From IMG/VR virus record IMGVR_UViG_2684622643_000005, positions 1 to 64,000 of that record: DNA of 64,000 bases; one strand, 5' to 3'. The stretch's first letter is position 1. Every line of letters starts with the position of its first letter. Positions 27,617 through 37,164 of the stretch are shown piece by piece. The notes beneath the pieces are model-generated. The model had not been told where the DNA came from and made no database searches. It saw only the letters and a list, made by a program, of their open reading frames with translations. Origin of the DNA: an uncultured virus (IMG/VR IMGVR_UViG_2684622643_000005). Taxonomy: Duplodnaviria > Heunggongvirae > Uroviricota > Caudoviricetes. A program made the position numbers and the translations under genes.

Positions 27617-28921
27617 TTACTCCTGTGGTTCTGGCTGGCTGAGCCAGTTCATGAGTGCGGCGCGAACCGCCTGGCTCTCATTGGATTGACCGAGTTGGTC
27701 GAGGGGGACAAGGTTGGATTGCACAGTCAGGATGTCGCCGCCGGGAAGCTCTGGAAGGTTCTCTTTCCGGCGACCTTCATTGCGAGTCATGAATCCGTTT
27801 TGCGCCATGGTGCTGTACCAGGCAGCGCGACCCGCGCTATCAGCTTTCAGGAATCCCTCAAGGGAAAACTCGGCGTAATAGCGAATCCGCTCGGGCGCAG
27901 TTAGCAGCCGCTTGTTGACGCACTGCTGAATCTGATTGGTGATCGAACTGATCGAGAATGTCAGGAACGCGAGCATCTGCTGTTCAAGCCCGGTCCCCCA
28001 GTTACTCCCTTTGTCGGTCTGACCAATCATCCAGGGCGGAACCCCGAACCATCTGCAAATCTCGATCACTCCATGCTCTCGCGTCTCCAGCAACTGAGCA
28101 TCGACTGGGTTGATGCCGATAGTCTCAGGGGTAATACCCTGCTCCAGTACAGGGGACCTCCCAGCGTTCATAGCGCCAGATATGGACTTCACGTACTCCC
28201 TGAACTCCTCCCTCTGCGCAGGCTGGAGAATGCGGTCGACCTTGAATGCGACCGTGGGGAGCAGTCCGTTCTTGAATGTGCCGTTGGCGGCATCCTCCGC
28301 CGACATGACCGAACCGAAGACATCGACGCCATACCGGATGGCAGAGAGACCGACTCTGCCATCCAGCGTGAACGCCGGGATGTGCAGCATGTTTGTGCGC
28401 TCGATCTCTCTACGGGCACCCTTCTTTGGCGTGTAGAAGTACTTCAGCCGACCGTTGTCATCACACTCCAGGTCGACCCTCGATGGAAGCAGGAAGTCCA
28501 GCGCAGCAGGCCTACCGGCAGCACGACGAATCTCCGCGTATGCGTTCCCCCAAAGCAACATCGATGCGACCATGGCTTGCCAGAACTGGAAGGCCGTCAT
28601 GTCGTCATTGGGGCTGTTGTGAACAACATCGTAGAGCGGGAACGACCGAGCATCGACTCTGCTCCCGTCCGCTTTCCGCTCGTACACTCCAAGCGGCAGG
28701 CCGGCGACAGAAGTAGAGATCAAGCGAACGCAAGCCCATACCGCGGACAGCTTCATTGCCTTGTCGACAGTGACCTTCTTCCCGCTCGAGGACTCTCGCC
28801 CCAAGAACTGCGACCAGAACGCGCCATCTGTCAGGCGGATGGTCTTATCCCCCCAACCGAACAATGAAGACCTGGGCGCAGACGTAGCACTGCTCAGGAC
28901 TTTTCCGAGACTCTTACTCAC
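27617..28921 (-). CDS. Portal protein (HK97 family)
   Basis: SAVWACVRLIS, LWGNAY, ICRWFGVPP, MTRNEGR. Confidence 0.95.
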   Translation of the reverse strand: MSKSLGKVLSSATSAPRSSLFGWGDKTIRLTDGAFWSQFLGRESSSGKKVTVDKAMKLSAVWACVRLISTSVAGLPLGVYERKADGSRVDARSFPLYDVVHNSPNDDMTAFQFWQAMVASMLLWGNAYAEIRRAAGRPAALDFLLPSRVDLECDDNGRLKYFYTPKKGARREIERTNMLHIPAFTLDGRVGLSAIRYGVDVFGSVMSAEDAANGTFKNGLLPTVAFKVDRILQPAQREEFREYVKSISGAMNAGRSPVLEQGITPETIGINPVDAQLLETREHGVIEICRWFGVPPWMIGQTDKGSNWGTGLEQQMLAFLTFSISSITNQIQQCVNKRLLTAPERIRYYAEFSLEGFLKADSAGRAAWYSTMAQNGFMTRNEGRRKENLPELPGGDILTVQSNLVPLDQLGQSNESQAVRAALMNWLSQPEPQE

Positions 28922-29078
28922 TGGTCAGCCCCTTGCGAATGAACGCCGCGATAGCGAATGCTGACGCTGCACCGGAAATGAGCGCCCAGCCGAGCCCCAG
29001 CAGCACAAAGGTTCCGGCTACGAAAAGAGCCAGACCAAGGACGCCGAAGAAGAGGTAGAGGCCAGTTGCGATGTTCAT
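28914..29078 (-). CDS. Small membrane protein between terminase and portal
   Basis: 54 aa MNIATGLYLFFGVLGLALFVAG..., overlaps both neighbours; absent from the ORF track. Confidence 0.65.
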   Translation of the reverse strand: MNIATGLYLFFGVLGLALFVAGTFVLLGLGWALISGAASAFAIAAFIRKGLTSE

Positions 29079-30766
29079 GCGATGATGGGATTCCGTATGG
29101 CGTTCATGAAGTCGTCGCCGTCATCAACTCCGGCAACCAGGGCGCGCCCCATAGCCATGATCAAGGTCACTGGACCATCGATCTTGCAGTTGGGGTCGTT
29201 GTCGTTTTCCTTGCGCGGGTAGATGTTTTCCTTGGCGTCGATCTTTGCCGCCACGTTGCCCATCATCCAGGTCATGACTGGGTTCCCGTCATGCCAGAGC
29301 GTCCGCGCTATTACCCTTGCCTCCACCTCCTTCATCGGGTCGCTCATGTTCTTCACTGTCTGGTTGAAGTCCACGACCGGGATGGATGTGTTGGAGAGTC
29401 GGGTAATCAGGTAGTTGGCCTGCCAGTCGTCGAAGGCAACATCTTGCAGGTCGATCTGTTTTGCCAGATCAAGGATGTCTGCCTCGATGAATGCGTAGTC
29501 CGTCATGCTCCCTGGCGTCAGGGTCAGATGACCCTCAAGCGCGAAGTTCTGATACTTCTCGTTTTCCTCGGCAGCAGCTTCGGGGGCATAGAACCGCGGG
29601 ATGCAGTAGAACTGACCAGCTTTCTCGAACAGCATTACCAGGGCGGCCACGTCTTTCTTGCTCGCCAAATCGAGCGCCATCCAGCAGCGACATCCGGCCA
29701 TGTCCGCAACCGTTAATTCACGCTTCTGACGCTGCCAGGCCAGCATGTTCATCCAGACCGTCCTAGCCCCCACCCACTGGTTCAGGTGCTTGGTGCGGAA
29801 GGCGTTCTGCTTCGACGCCGAACGCTTGGCCTGCTGGAGCTGAGCCAGGAGGAAGTCAGGGAAGACCGACACTCCGTAATTCGGATTGGCCTTGATCAGG
29901 CTGGCCGGGTCATCCCACGGGTCATCCTCGTCGATCGTGTAGATGATCCCGAAAATCGTCTCATCGATCGTCTGACCCTCGAGAATGCGGATCACATCCC
30001 GTCGCTTCTCGTAGCAGGGTCCGCCGAGATTCGATCCCGCCGTCGTGATGATCGACAGCAAAGGCTGCTCCCGAGCGCCCATGCCGGTCTGCATGGTGTC
30101 AACCAGGGCATCCGTGTCGTGTTCGTGGTACTCGTCCACCAGGGCCGCATGGGGACTCGCACCGTCCCCCGGGTTGCCGATAACCGTCTCGAACTTCGAC
30201 ATGTCCTCCATGACGAACATGGGGCCAGGGTTCTTCTGGTTGCCAGAAAGCTCGATACCGAATCGGTTACGCAGGTTCTCCAGCTTGTGCGCCATCATCC
30301 ACGCTGGACGGAAAACCTCGAAGGCCTGCTTCTCGGTGGTGGCGCCGGAGTAGACCTCGGCTCCCGACTCGCCATCTGCGGCGAATAGGTAAATGCCTCG
30401 TGCGGCAAGACGGGCCGACTTCCCGTTCTTCCTGGGAATCTCTTCGTAGGCCTCGCGGAACCTGCGCTTGCCGGTGTCCTTCTTCACCCAGCCGAAGATG
30501 TTGGCCTCGATGAATACCTGCCAAGGCTCGAACACTAGCTTCGACTTCGAAGAGCTCCATTTGCCTTTGGTGTGAGGCATGAGCTGCATGAACTTGACAG
30601 CACGATCTGCCTTGGCCTCATCGAAAACGTATGGCCAATCGTCATCGCCCTGGCGGTCCAAGTCATTCAGGAAGCGCTGGCATGCAAGCTTCACATACCG
30701 GCACGCAACGATAGCCCCACCCACGACATCGCTAGCGTACTGTCGCGCAATGTCGCTGGGGGTCAT
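29075..30766 (-). CDS. Terminase large subunit
   Basis: Walker A PRKNGKS, Walker B LVDEYH, ALDLAS and KIDG nuclease motifs. Confidence 0.96.
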   Translation of the reverse strand: MTPSDIARQYASDVVGGAIVACRYVKLACQRFLNDLDRQGDDDWPYVFDEAKADRAVKFMQLMPHTKGKWSSSKSKLVFEPWQVFIEANIFGWVKKDTGKRRFREAYEEIPRKNGKSARLAARGIYLFAADGESGAEVYSGATTEKQAFEVFRPAWMMAHKLENLRNRFGIELSGNQKNPGPMFVMEDMSKFETVIGNPGDGASPHAALVDEYHEHDTDALVDTMQTGMGAREQPLLSIITTAGSNLGGPCYEKRRDVIRILEGQTIDETIFGIIYTIDEDDPWDDPASLIKANPNYGVSVFPDFLLAQLQQAKRSASKQNAFRTKHLNQWVGARTVWMNMLAWQRQKRELTVADMAGCRCWMALDLASKKDVAALVMLFEKAGQFYCIPRFYAPEAAAEENEKYQNFALEGHLTLTPGSMTDYAFIEADILDLAKQIDLQDVAFDDWQANYLITRLSNTSIPVVDFNQTVKNMSDPMKEVEARVIARTLWHDGNPVMTWMMGNVAAKIDAKENIYPRKENDNDPNCKIDGPVTLIMAMGRALVAGVDDGDDFMNAIRNPIIA

Positions 30767-30767
30767 C

Positions 30768-31148
30768 TCAGAAATCCTCGAACTCGTCCTTCTCCTTCGG
30801 CTTTTCCAGGCCGAACTTCTGGCGGTCGGACGGCGTTAGTCCAAGCCGGGCCAGGTTTCCGATCAGATGGGTGTACTTGCCAACCGCGAACTCTGTCGGG
30901 TTGGCACGGTATTCAGCGAGCAGGTTCGCGGTGACCTCCAGGATGATCCGGTCCGATCCCGTCAGAACGCCCTTGATCGACTGAGCGCACAACTCTTTCC
31001 ATGCGAGACGAGCGGGGCCTTGCAGATGGATGGGCGCTTCGCCGACCTCCCCCTCTCCCTTTGCCGGCTCCTGCCGGTAGCGCTGGGGGTTTTTCTTGTC
31101 GGCGCCTTTGAACTTGGCGACGACATCTGGCTGTTTGTGTCGTGCCAT
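30768..31148 (-). CDS. Terminase small subunit
   Basis: LGLTPSDR motif; directly upstream of terL. Confidence 0.85.
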   Translation of the reverse strand: MARHKQPDVVAKFKGADKKNPQRYRQEPAKGEGEVGEAPIHLQGPARLAWKELCAQSIKGVLTGSDRIILEVTANLLAEYRANPTEFAVGKYTHLIGNLARLGLTPSDRQKFGLEKPKEKDEFEDF

Positions 31149-31360
31149 CTTGAAACCTAAATTCTGTGGAAATGGAAAGTGACTTGGGGGCGCGGTGTCC
31201 TAACGAAAGGTTCTAAGGTTTTGACCCGCCCCACCCCTATAAATGAGACTTTTTCTCATTTAACTCGATTTTTCGGTAAAACCGCACGAATCCAGTGAAA
31301 ACCACTGCCATTATTCGTAAATATCTCGAATCGTCGTGCACAATCGCTTATGGAACCCGA

Positions 31361-31675
31361 CTATCTCCTAGATGCCGCCGACTCCCTCGCCGTCTTCCTC
31401 GCATGACATGGGTGGCCAGCAATAGCCATCAGGTTCGAGTCATCATCAGTGCCGCCTTGGCTCAGCGGGATGATGTGGTCCACCTCTGTGGCGATCCTCT
31501 TCACTCCCTTGCACTCTGAGCACTGGCACATGTAGCCATCTCGCTTGAGGATGCGCTCACGCTTGCGGCGCCACGGCCTGCCACCGCGCCCATTCCCCCA
31601 TGCTTTGTCCTCTACCTCGTGCTTGGTCACTCCCTTGGCCTTTGGCTTGGTGTGACGCTGAGGGAGGTCAGGCAT
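31361..31675 (-). CDS. HNH endonuclease (terminase-associated)
   Basis: RDGYMCQC, VDHIIP, SNL..CH..KT. Confidence 0.88.
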   Translation of the reverse strand: MPDLPQRHTKPKAKGVTKHEVEDKAWGNGRGGRPWRRKRERILKRDGYMCQCSECKGVKRIATEVDHIIPLSQGGTDDDSNLMAIAGHPCHARKTARESAASRR

Positions 31676-31913
31676 TGAGGCGCTCCCGATTCGGCGGAGT
31701 CCAACCTTGAAGCCTGGCTTGTGCTGGCCTGAGGAATGAGAGCTTGCCACCCTGCCATTCATCAGGATGGAGAGCCAGGAGGCCAGATCGCAGTAGGGGT
31801 TCCAGAATCTTTATCGCGCTCTCTACTTCTTCGCTGTATCCGGTTACGTCATCGCGGGCCCAGGCACGACCGGGGTTGATCTCGACGCCAGCAGGAATTG
31901 GACGGTTCTTCAT
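31668..31913 (-). CDS. Phage hypothetical protein
   Basis: Translationally coupled to neighbours. Confidence 0.55.
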   Translation of the reverse strand: MKNRPIPAGVEINPGRAWARDDVTGYSEEVESAIKILEPLLRSGLLALHPDEWQGGKLSFLRPAQARLQGWTPPNRERLNA

Positions 31914-32161
31914 GTCGGCTTTCCTTCATCAGACATCCCGATGAGCTTCGCGACCATCAGGGCTTCGGCGAAATCATTTGCGTTGGCATCTCGCCAACGG
32001 GATAGCCCGCATACGTGGTAGATCAACTCCCGTCCAGGGAGCGGGCTTTCGGGCCGCTCGATCTTGTAGCGAACCTGGACAACCAGCTTGCCAAACCAGC
32101 CGCGGCGCACCCGGACAGAAGCTATCTGGGTCTCCCTGGCGGATCCCATAAATGCCGACAT
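31910..32161 (-). CDS. Phage hypothetical protein
   Basis: GGAG RBS; coupled downstream. Confidence 0.55.
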   Translation of the reverse strand: MSAFMGSARETQIASVRVRRGWFGKLVVQVRYKIERPESPLPGRELIYHVCGLSRWRDANANDFAEALMVAKLIGMSDEGKPT

Positions 32162-32439
32162 CAGATCGGCTCTCCACTCAGGTAGCTGGTGGGCACGGCT
32201 TCAGGATCATCACCATCCTCGGCGAGGGCCTGGATCAGCAGATGCAACAGTTGGTTGGTCTTTCGCTGTTCTTCGAGCAGGTTGCGTAGGATGACTCGAG
32301 CCTCTTCGCCGGTATCAGTCATCACGCACCTCCGGTCGCTTTGGGTTACTGGCCATAGCAGAGGCCGCCCGCTCTACGGCAACCCGCGCCCACTTCTTCG
32401 CCCATTCGCGCGTCTTGTTGCAGAAGGTGCATTCGGCCA

Positions 32440-32691
32440 TCAGATTTGTCCTTTCCCGCGTGTGCCGGCCACCAGGTCCCAGCTAAACGGCTCGATACAC
32501 GGCTCTTTCGACTCCACTCCTTCCCCGCAAAGCCTCACACGCTCATTGTCGAGTGCAAACGTGACCGTGACCGCTGGCATGAGACCGTCGTTGCTGATGC
32601 TCAAGGAAAGCTGACCAGGAAGCGGTTCCCCGTTGGCGTCACACAAGATCAGGCACGTGCCGGTGTTCTTCAGTAGAAGCGGAGCATCCAT
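32440..32691 (-). CDS. Phage hypothetical protein
   Basis: ATG overlaps the holin stop. Confidence 0.55.
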   Translation of the reverse strand: MDAPLLLKNTGTCLILCDANGEPLPGQLSLSISNDGLMPAVTVTFALDNERVRLCGEGVESKEPCIEPFSWDLVAGTRGKGQI

Positions 32692-32975
32692 CAGTACACC
32701 CTCAGAATGTGGGCCAGATTCCCCCGCGCACGACACACAAGGCCGAGCAGGATCGCCAGCACCAGGGTCAGCCAAGGGGAGACAGGATTCAGTCTGTAGC
32801 CGTGTAGCGCATCGAGCATCACACTCAGGGCGAAACACCCACTACCAACGCACAGCAGGTATGCGAGCCAAGACACTCCCCGGCGATACCTCGCGCCTTG
32901 CCGGCGGTATGTCGCCAGCCGCATGCAGATAGCGCCGCAAATCATCGCAGCCACCAGAGTCCAAGGGTCAACCAT
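32691..32975 (-). CDS. Putative holin/antiholin (three TM)
   Basis: Hydrophobic helices, RARGNLA C-terminal motif. Confidence 0.75.
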   Translation of the reverse strand: MVDPWTLVAAMICGAICMRLATYRRQGARYRRGVSWLAYLLCVGSGCFALSVMLDALHGYRLNPVSPWLTLVLAILLGLVCRARGNLAHILRVY

Positions 32976-33336
32976 TACGACCTCCAAAGCGGTCCGCAAT
33001 GAAGCGGAGCCAACCAGGCGTCTTCCCCCCCTGCACCCACTCCAGCAAGCTGGTGCCCACTGCGACGCAGAACAATGCCCCGCCACACGCGACCAGGCCC
33101 GATGTTCTGGCCCACTCTCGCCCGATGACTTCGCCGGCGACGTAGTAGCCAACGATCCAGGACACGACGAAGTAACCGAGGCGCGCCCAGGCCGAAATGT
33201 CCTTGGCGTACACCACGAAGAAGATAGCCCCAGCAAAAGCCCCGATCACTGCATTGGCATCAATGCCAGGGATCAACGCAGACGCACCAATACCGACCAA
33301 GCCGGCGACTGCTACCGCACCACTCGGCTCGGCCAT
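32968..33336 (-). CDS. Putative holin
   Basis: Multiple TM helices, GAFAGA; first CDS after Q and the tRNAs. Confidence 0.78.
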   Translation of the reverse strand: MAEPSGAVAVAGLVGIGASALIPGIDANAVIGAFAGAIFFVVYAKDISAWARLGYFVVSWIVGYYVAGEVIGREWARTSGLVACGGALFCVAVGTSLLEWVQGGKTPGWLRFIADRFGGRNG

Positions 33337-33389
33337 ATTCACGTACTCCAGATGCAGAAAGCCCAGGTCATTGCCTGGGCCTTGTAGTG

Positions 33390-33465
33390 TGGTGCCGGCA
33401 GCAGGAGTCAAACCCGCAACCCTCTGATTACAAATCAGCAGCGCTCCCTGTTGCGCCATACCGGC
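33390..33465 (-). tRNA. Phage tRNA-Thr (TGT)
   Basis: GCCGGTA...CTGA TT TGT AA TCAG...GCCGGCACCA cloverleaf; T-loop TTTGACT. Confidence 0.85.
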
Positions 33466-33469
33466 TTAT

Positions 33470-33544
33470 TGGCTGACGCGGATGGGATCGAACCATCGAC
33501 CAATCGGGTAACAGCCGACCGCTCTACCTCTGAGCTACACGTCA
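33470..33544 (-). tRNA. Phage tRNA-Asn (GTT)
   Basis: TGACGTGTAGCTCAG...GTCGG CT GTT AC CCGAT...GTTCGA...GCCA. Confidence 0.88.
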
Positions 33545-33555
33545 TTGAATCGAGT

Positions 33556-33632
<77 letters not shown>

Positions 33633-33740
33633 GGAATAGGTACCGGGCGAACCCGGCGTCACGCCCGCAGAGCAAGTAGCCGGGGCTTTCGCCTTGATCA
33701 CCAGTGGTGACCCTTGCTTTCTTCTGCCGCATGCGTGATT

Positions 33741-33845
33741 TGGAGTGACCGGGGCTGAATCCGACATGGCGGTGAACTGGCCATAACGCCCACTGAACGT
33801 TGCCGCCGCGTATCCTCTTAGCGCATCAGCCTGCGCATTCACTCC
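33741..33845 (-). ncRNA. tRNA-like structured RNA, copy A
   Basis: Closing stem GGAGTG/CACTCC; shares GAATGCGCAGGCTGATGCGC with 48384-48403. Confidence 0.6.
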
Positions 33846-34053
33846 GTGCCGGGCTTCCACCGGCTCCCACTTCACTTTAACGCCTGCGTGTCCAAGGCGA
33901 TCCCGGCCGCGTAGTCGCAACCCGAAGGATTCAGATTAGTACCACTGCCGCCCCAACCAGGAGCAGCAGGACCAGCGCGCCACCGCCGATTCCCTTGAGC
34001 AGCCAAACATCTTTCGATTCGGCAGACATTTCAGAACTCCGCATTGAGCTGGA

Positions 34054-34083
34054 AACGAAAAAGCCCCGGCAGATGCCAGGGCT
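34054..34083 (-). terminator. tR'-like terminator after the late promoter
   Basis: GCCCTGGCATCTGCCGGGGC followed by TTTTTCGTTT. Confidence 0.7.
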
Positions 34084-34129
34084 TCAGAGCCACCGATCCT
34101 CACAACGCGCAAGATCGACAGGATGGGGA

Positions 34130-34159
34130 AATATTCGCTCAAACGCTCATTGAATGCAA
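34130..34159 (-). promoter_or_regulatory. Putative late promoter (pR'-like)
   Basis: TTGCAT-N17/18-(G)AATAT(T) just after the Q-like gene and before the terminator. Confidence 0.5.
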
Positions 34160-34162
34160 GCC

Positions 34163-34741
34163 CTATGCTGCTTCGCCGAAGATGATTCCCTCCGCCATCA
34201 GAATTTCACCAGCCGCAACCTCTGCCTCCTTGAGCATTTCATTCAGGACGCTATGAATTCCAGAGCGCCAACGGCGCCTGGTCTGCTCTGGACGACCCTC
34301 AGACTCCCAGTTGTTCATGTCGTAGAACACGGCATCGAGAATGATCATGTCGGTGGAGCGCTTGCCTTCTGCGCCCTTCAGCTTAGGGATAGCCCAGGTA
34401 TAGACAGCCATCCCAAGGAACCTGCGTGGCGCTGGAGTCGCGACCAGGGGAATAAGGGTCTCGATTGCAGCCTTCTTCTTCTCACGGTGAGTACTGTACT
34501 TGGCCACCAGTGCGTTCCAGTGCCGAGGCTTGAGCTGGCTGTGTAGCCTGGCATGCACCCAGCAATCGGCATCGATGCGCTTGATTCCCGAACTGTTAGA
34601 GGCCCTGATCAGCCCTGCCAGCCCCTCACTTTCTGCGTAACCCGGCTGGTAGAGCTTCTGCCAAGCTTGCTTAGCAGTGTTGTCGATGGTTTCCGCCGCC
34701 AGGGCGGAGACGACCGCTGACAGAATGCTGGTGTAGATCAT
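34163..34741 (-). CDS. Late antiterminator (Q-like)
   Basis: Position after ninG and before promoter/terminator/holin; C-terminal helical DNA-binding-like region. Confidence 0.65.
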   Translation of the reverse strand: MIYTSILSAVVSALAAETIDNTAKQAWQKLYQPGYAESEGLAGLIRASNSSGIKRIDADCWVHARLHSQLKPRHWNALVAKYSTHREKKKAAIETLIPLVATPAPRRFLGMAVYTWAIPKLKGAEGKRSTDMIILDAVFYDMNNWESEGRPEQTRRRWRSGIHSVLNEMLKEAEVAAGEILMAEGIIFGEAA

Positions 34742-34808
34742 GCTTCCCCCTTGATCAGTCCGTACTCTCGAAGGATTACCCATTGCTGGGAGACGTATTC
34801 GGCTAGCG

Positions 34809-35126
34809 TCATGCAGGTTTCGCCTCCTTTCGGAAGGCGGTGGCGACGATCAGGAATTGCACCATGAAGGCAGATGCGCCGAGCATGGGATGCCCACTGA
34901 AGATCAGCGCGTAAACGTAAAAAATTGAGGGAAGGAGTTGAATCCAGAAGGTCCGGCGGATTCGCTGGCTGATTTCGTCCTTGACCATGCCGCAGAGCAC
35001 GCCTATCCAGGGCAGCACGTTCATGATGACGCAGACGTAGAAGGCGAATTGTGACAGCTGCGCTACGCCGGACAGCAGGGAAAGGCTCAGCGTCATGCTG
35101 ATAATGATCGAGATGGCGGTTTGCAT
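34809..35126 (-). CDS. Membrane protein
   Basis: Four hydrophobic segments; coupled to ninG. Confidence 0.65.
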   Translation of the reverse strand: MQTAISIIISMTLSLSLLSGVAQLSQFAFYVCVIMNVLPWIGVLCGMVKDEISQRIRRTFWIQLLPSIFYVYALIFSGHPMLGASAFMVQFLIVATAFRKEAKPA

Positions 35127-35722
35127 TAGGCGATCCTCTTCTTCAGCTCGCGCACCTTGGCGCGGTAGTGGGCCTTTATGGCCTTCAGGTCTTCTACGGT
35201 GTACTTGCGGACGGAGTTGTCCGCCTCCAACTCCTCGACAGCGGCCAGACCGATCCGAGCGATCAGGCCGACCCGGTAATCCACTGCATTGCCGGAGAGA
35301 TAGCGGTTATCCAGCTTCCGCTGGGCGTGGCAGTTGTTCTCGTTAAAGCGGAGATGCGGCGCGGCTCCGGTCGACCTGTAGTGCCCGGCATCCGTCTGGT
35401 TTCCAGACCAATCCAGGGGCAGGCCGCTGGAGATGCAGACGTGACCGGCGATGCGGTCGCGCCACCGAATGAACTCGTTGAACGCCTGCTGAGCCTCGCG
35501 CAGGTGATCCGACCGACTCTTCAACTTCTCCTTCCGCGCCTTGATCTCCCGGCGGTTGCGGTCGGCGATGGCCTTCCTGGCCGGAGCCTGGTGCTTGTCC
35601 TTGGTGGCCAGGGCGCAGGCTGGGGAGCACACGCGCTGCCCCAGGCGCTGCGGGATGAACTTGGTGCCGCACTCGGTGTTCTGGCAGATCTTGGGCTTGA
35701 GCTGGCGGGTGGAGAGGCTCAT
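35126..35722 (-). CDS. ninG: NinG/Rap recombination endonuclease
   Basis: AFNEFIRWRD, CISSG, DAGHYRSTGAAPHLRF. Confidence 0.88.
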   Translation of the reverse strand: MSLSTRQLKPKICQNTECGTKFIPQRLGQRVCSPACALATKDKHQAPARKAIADRNRREIKARKEKLKSRSDHLREAQQAFNEFIRWRDRIAGHVCISSGLPLDWSGNQTDAGHYRSTGAAPHLRFNENNCHAQRKLDNRYLSGNAVDYRVGLIARIGLAAVEELEADNSVRKYTVEDLKAIKAHYRAKVRELKKRIA

Positions 35723-35828
35723 ACGAACTCCCAAATCAGCGCAGCCGAGGCGAACCAAAGAGCCGATGCAATCTGACCAGTGATGAGCGACAAAAAGGTC
35801 ATACCGAGAATGAAGATGGTGAACTTGC

Positions 35829-36089
35829 TCATACCTCCACCTCCCTGCTCTTCTGCTGCTCGGGCTGGAAGTCCCACTTGAGTGGCATCAGTTCGTGATC
35901 CCCGTATGCCAGTACTTCTCTGCCGACTTCGGGATGTCGCACTATCCATCCGGCGGATGGGGCGACGAACCCACGGGCGATCTCGTCGCCTTTTTTGAGT
36001 TCGCGCTCCAGCTCAACCACAGAACCCGCCGGGAGCGCAGAGTCGTAAACCATGGTCATAGCCATGTCGCCAACCTTGAACTTGCTCAT
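35829..36089 (-). CDS. Phage hypothetical protein
   Basis: MSKFKVGD start; coupled. Confidence 0.65.
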   Translation of the reverse strand: MSKFKVGDMAMTMVYDSALPAGSVVELERELKKGDEIARGFVAPSAGWIVRHPEVGREVLAYGDHELMPLKWDFQPEQQKSREVEV

Positions 36090-36673
36090 GCGAAAGTCCC
36101 CATCTGATCAGCCGCCGCCATGGCGTCAGCCTCGGTTTCGAAGTGAGAGGAAAGGACCAGCCTCCAGCAGGCGGCAAACACGTCGCGGTAAAGCGGCTCA
36201 AAAGCTGTGTCGTCCATGCTCGCCCAACTGATCGACTTGGCTTCCTTGCGAACGCCGTCAGGCGTATGGATCAGGTGGAAGTGACCGGCCTCAATGGTGA
36301 TCCACTCGCGGAACGCCTCGCGGCTCTTCTCGACTGCCGGGAAGCGGCCCGCTCGATCAGCCTCAAGCTTGGCGATGTACGCGGCGACGGCGTTCTGCAA
36401 TTGGCCAGGACGCCCATTCAGATCCTCGAAGTACTTGGCCAGCCCGCGGATGCCACGCATCTCCTGGCGCGGCACCAGGCCGCCTTTCGGCTCCCAGTAC
36501 TCCCATGCGAGATCCAGCATGGCGAAGAACTTGCCGTGGAACTTGGCATTGCGCATCCGGGTGAATTTCCCGTGGACGACCTGGCCGGCCTTCCACTTCT
36601 GAACGGTTTCGCGATCTGCCTCGGTCGCCGGGACCAGGCCCTGGGCTGTGCGGATGAGAGCGAGTTCAGCCAC
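36086..36673 (-). CDS. DUF1367-like nin-region protein
   Basis: RNAKFHGKFFA, AFREWITIEAGH, KSISWASMD. Confidence 0.75.
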   Translation of the reverse strand: MAELALIRTAQGLVPATEADRETVQKWKAGQVVHGKFTRMRNAKFHGKFFAMLDLAWEYWEPKGGLVPRQEMRGIRGLAKYFEDLNGRPGQLQNAVAAYIAKLEADRAGRFPAVEKSREAFREWITIEAGHFHLIHTPDGVRKEAKSISWASMDDTAFEPLYRDVFAACWRLVLSSHFETEADAMAAADQMGTFA

Positions 36674-36896
36674 GGTCCGTCTCCTGCCGGTGATCGCCGG
36701 GAAGGCAAGCCATAACTTCCTGCCCATGACTACGAGCGACAAGGCAGGTCATGTCCGTGTTGGGGCTGTAGAAGTTCCAGGCTGTTCCATTCCCGGAGAA
36801 TCGGTCATAGAGATGGATAGCCAGCGCGGCGAAGCTCATTCCGATGATTGCTGCCAGCATGTAAGTCCAAAACTTGTCGATCTTCTTGTCAGCCAT
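36666..36896 (-). CDS. Small membrane-anchored hypothetical protein
   Basis: One TM helix; coupled. Confidence 0.6.
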   Translation of the reverse strand: MADKKIDKFWTYMLAAIIGMSFAALAIHLYDRFSGNGTAWNFYSPNTDMTCLVARSHGQEVMACLPGDHRQETDRG

Positions 36897-37164
36897 TGCT
36901 TTCCCTCCGCTCACAGTTCTTGCACCGTTGCCAGCTACCAGCCGAGAACATCGGCGCCTTGTCGGTAGTGACCGCATCAGCACCACAGAGAGCGAACCAG
37001 TACTTTTCTCGCCCGTGCGGGCCAATGGTGTCGGCAAAGACCAGCTCGAAGTGGTGGGCCTTATTCCCGCAGAACGGTGCTTTGCCCCACCCTTTCTTTC
37101 CCTGGAGCGGACCGTCCGCAACCTGAGCTCCAGGCTCGTCGAGGAGTCCGAAGAAGTCAGTCAC
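36889..37164 (-). CDS. Phage hypothetical protein
   Basis: Coupled; His/Cys motifs. Confidence 0.6.
   Translation of the reverse strand: MTDFFGLLDEPGAQVADGPLQGKKGWGKAPFCGNKAHHFELVFADTIGPHGREKYWFALCGADAVTTDKAPMFSAGSWQRCKNCERRESNG

Noticed and set aside
33741..33845. A fourth canonical phage tRNA
   Set aside because: No TTC T-loop, no GG D-loop and no 7-nt anticodon loop on a 5-bp stem; reported as a tRNA-like ncRNA instead
33936..34142. 68-aa ORF after the Q-like gene
   Set aside because: Overlaps the putative late promoter and terminator; no RBS
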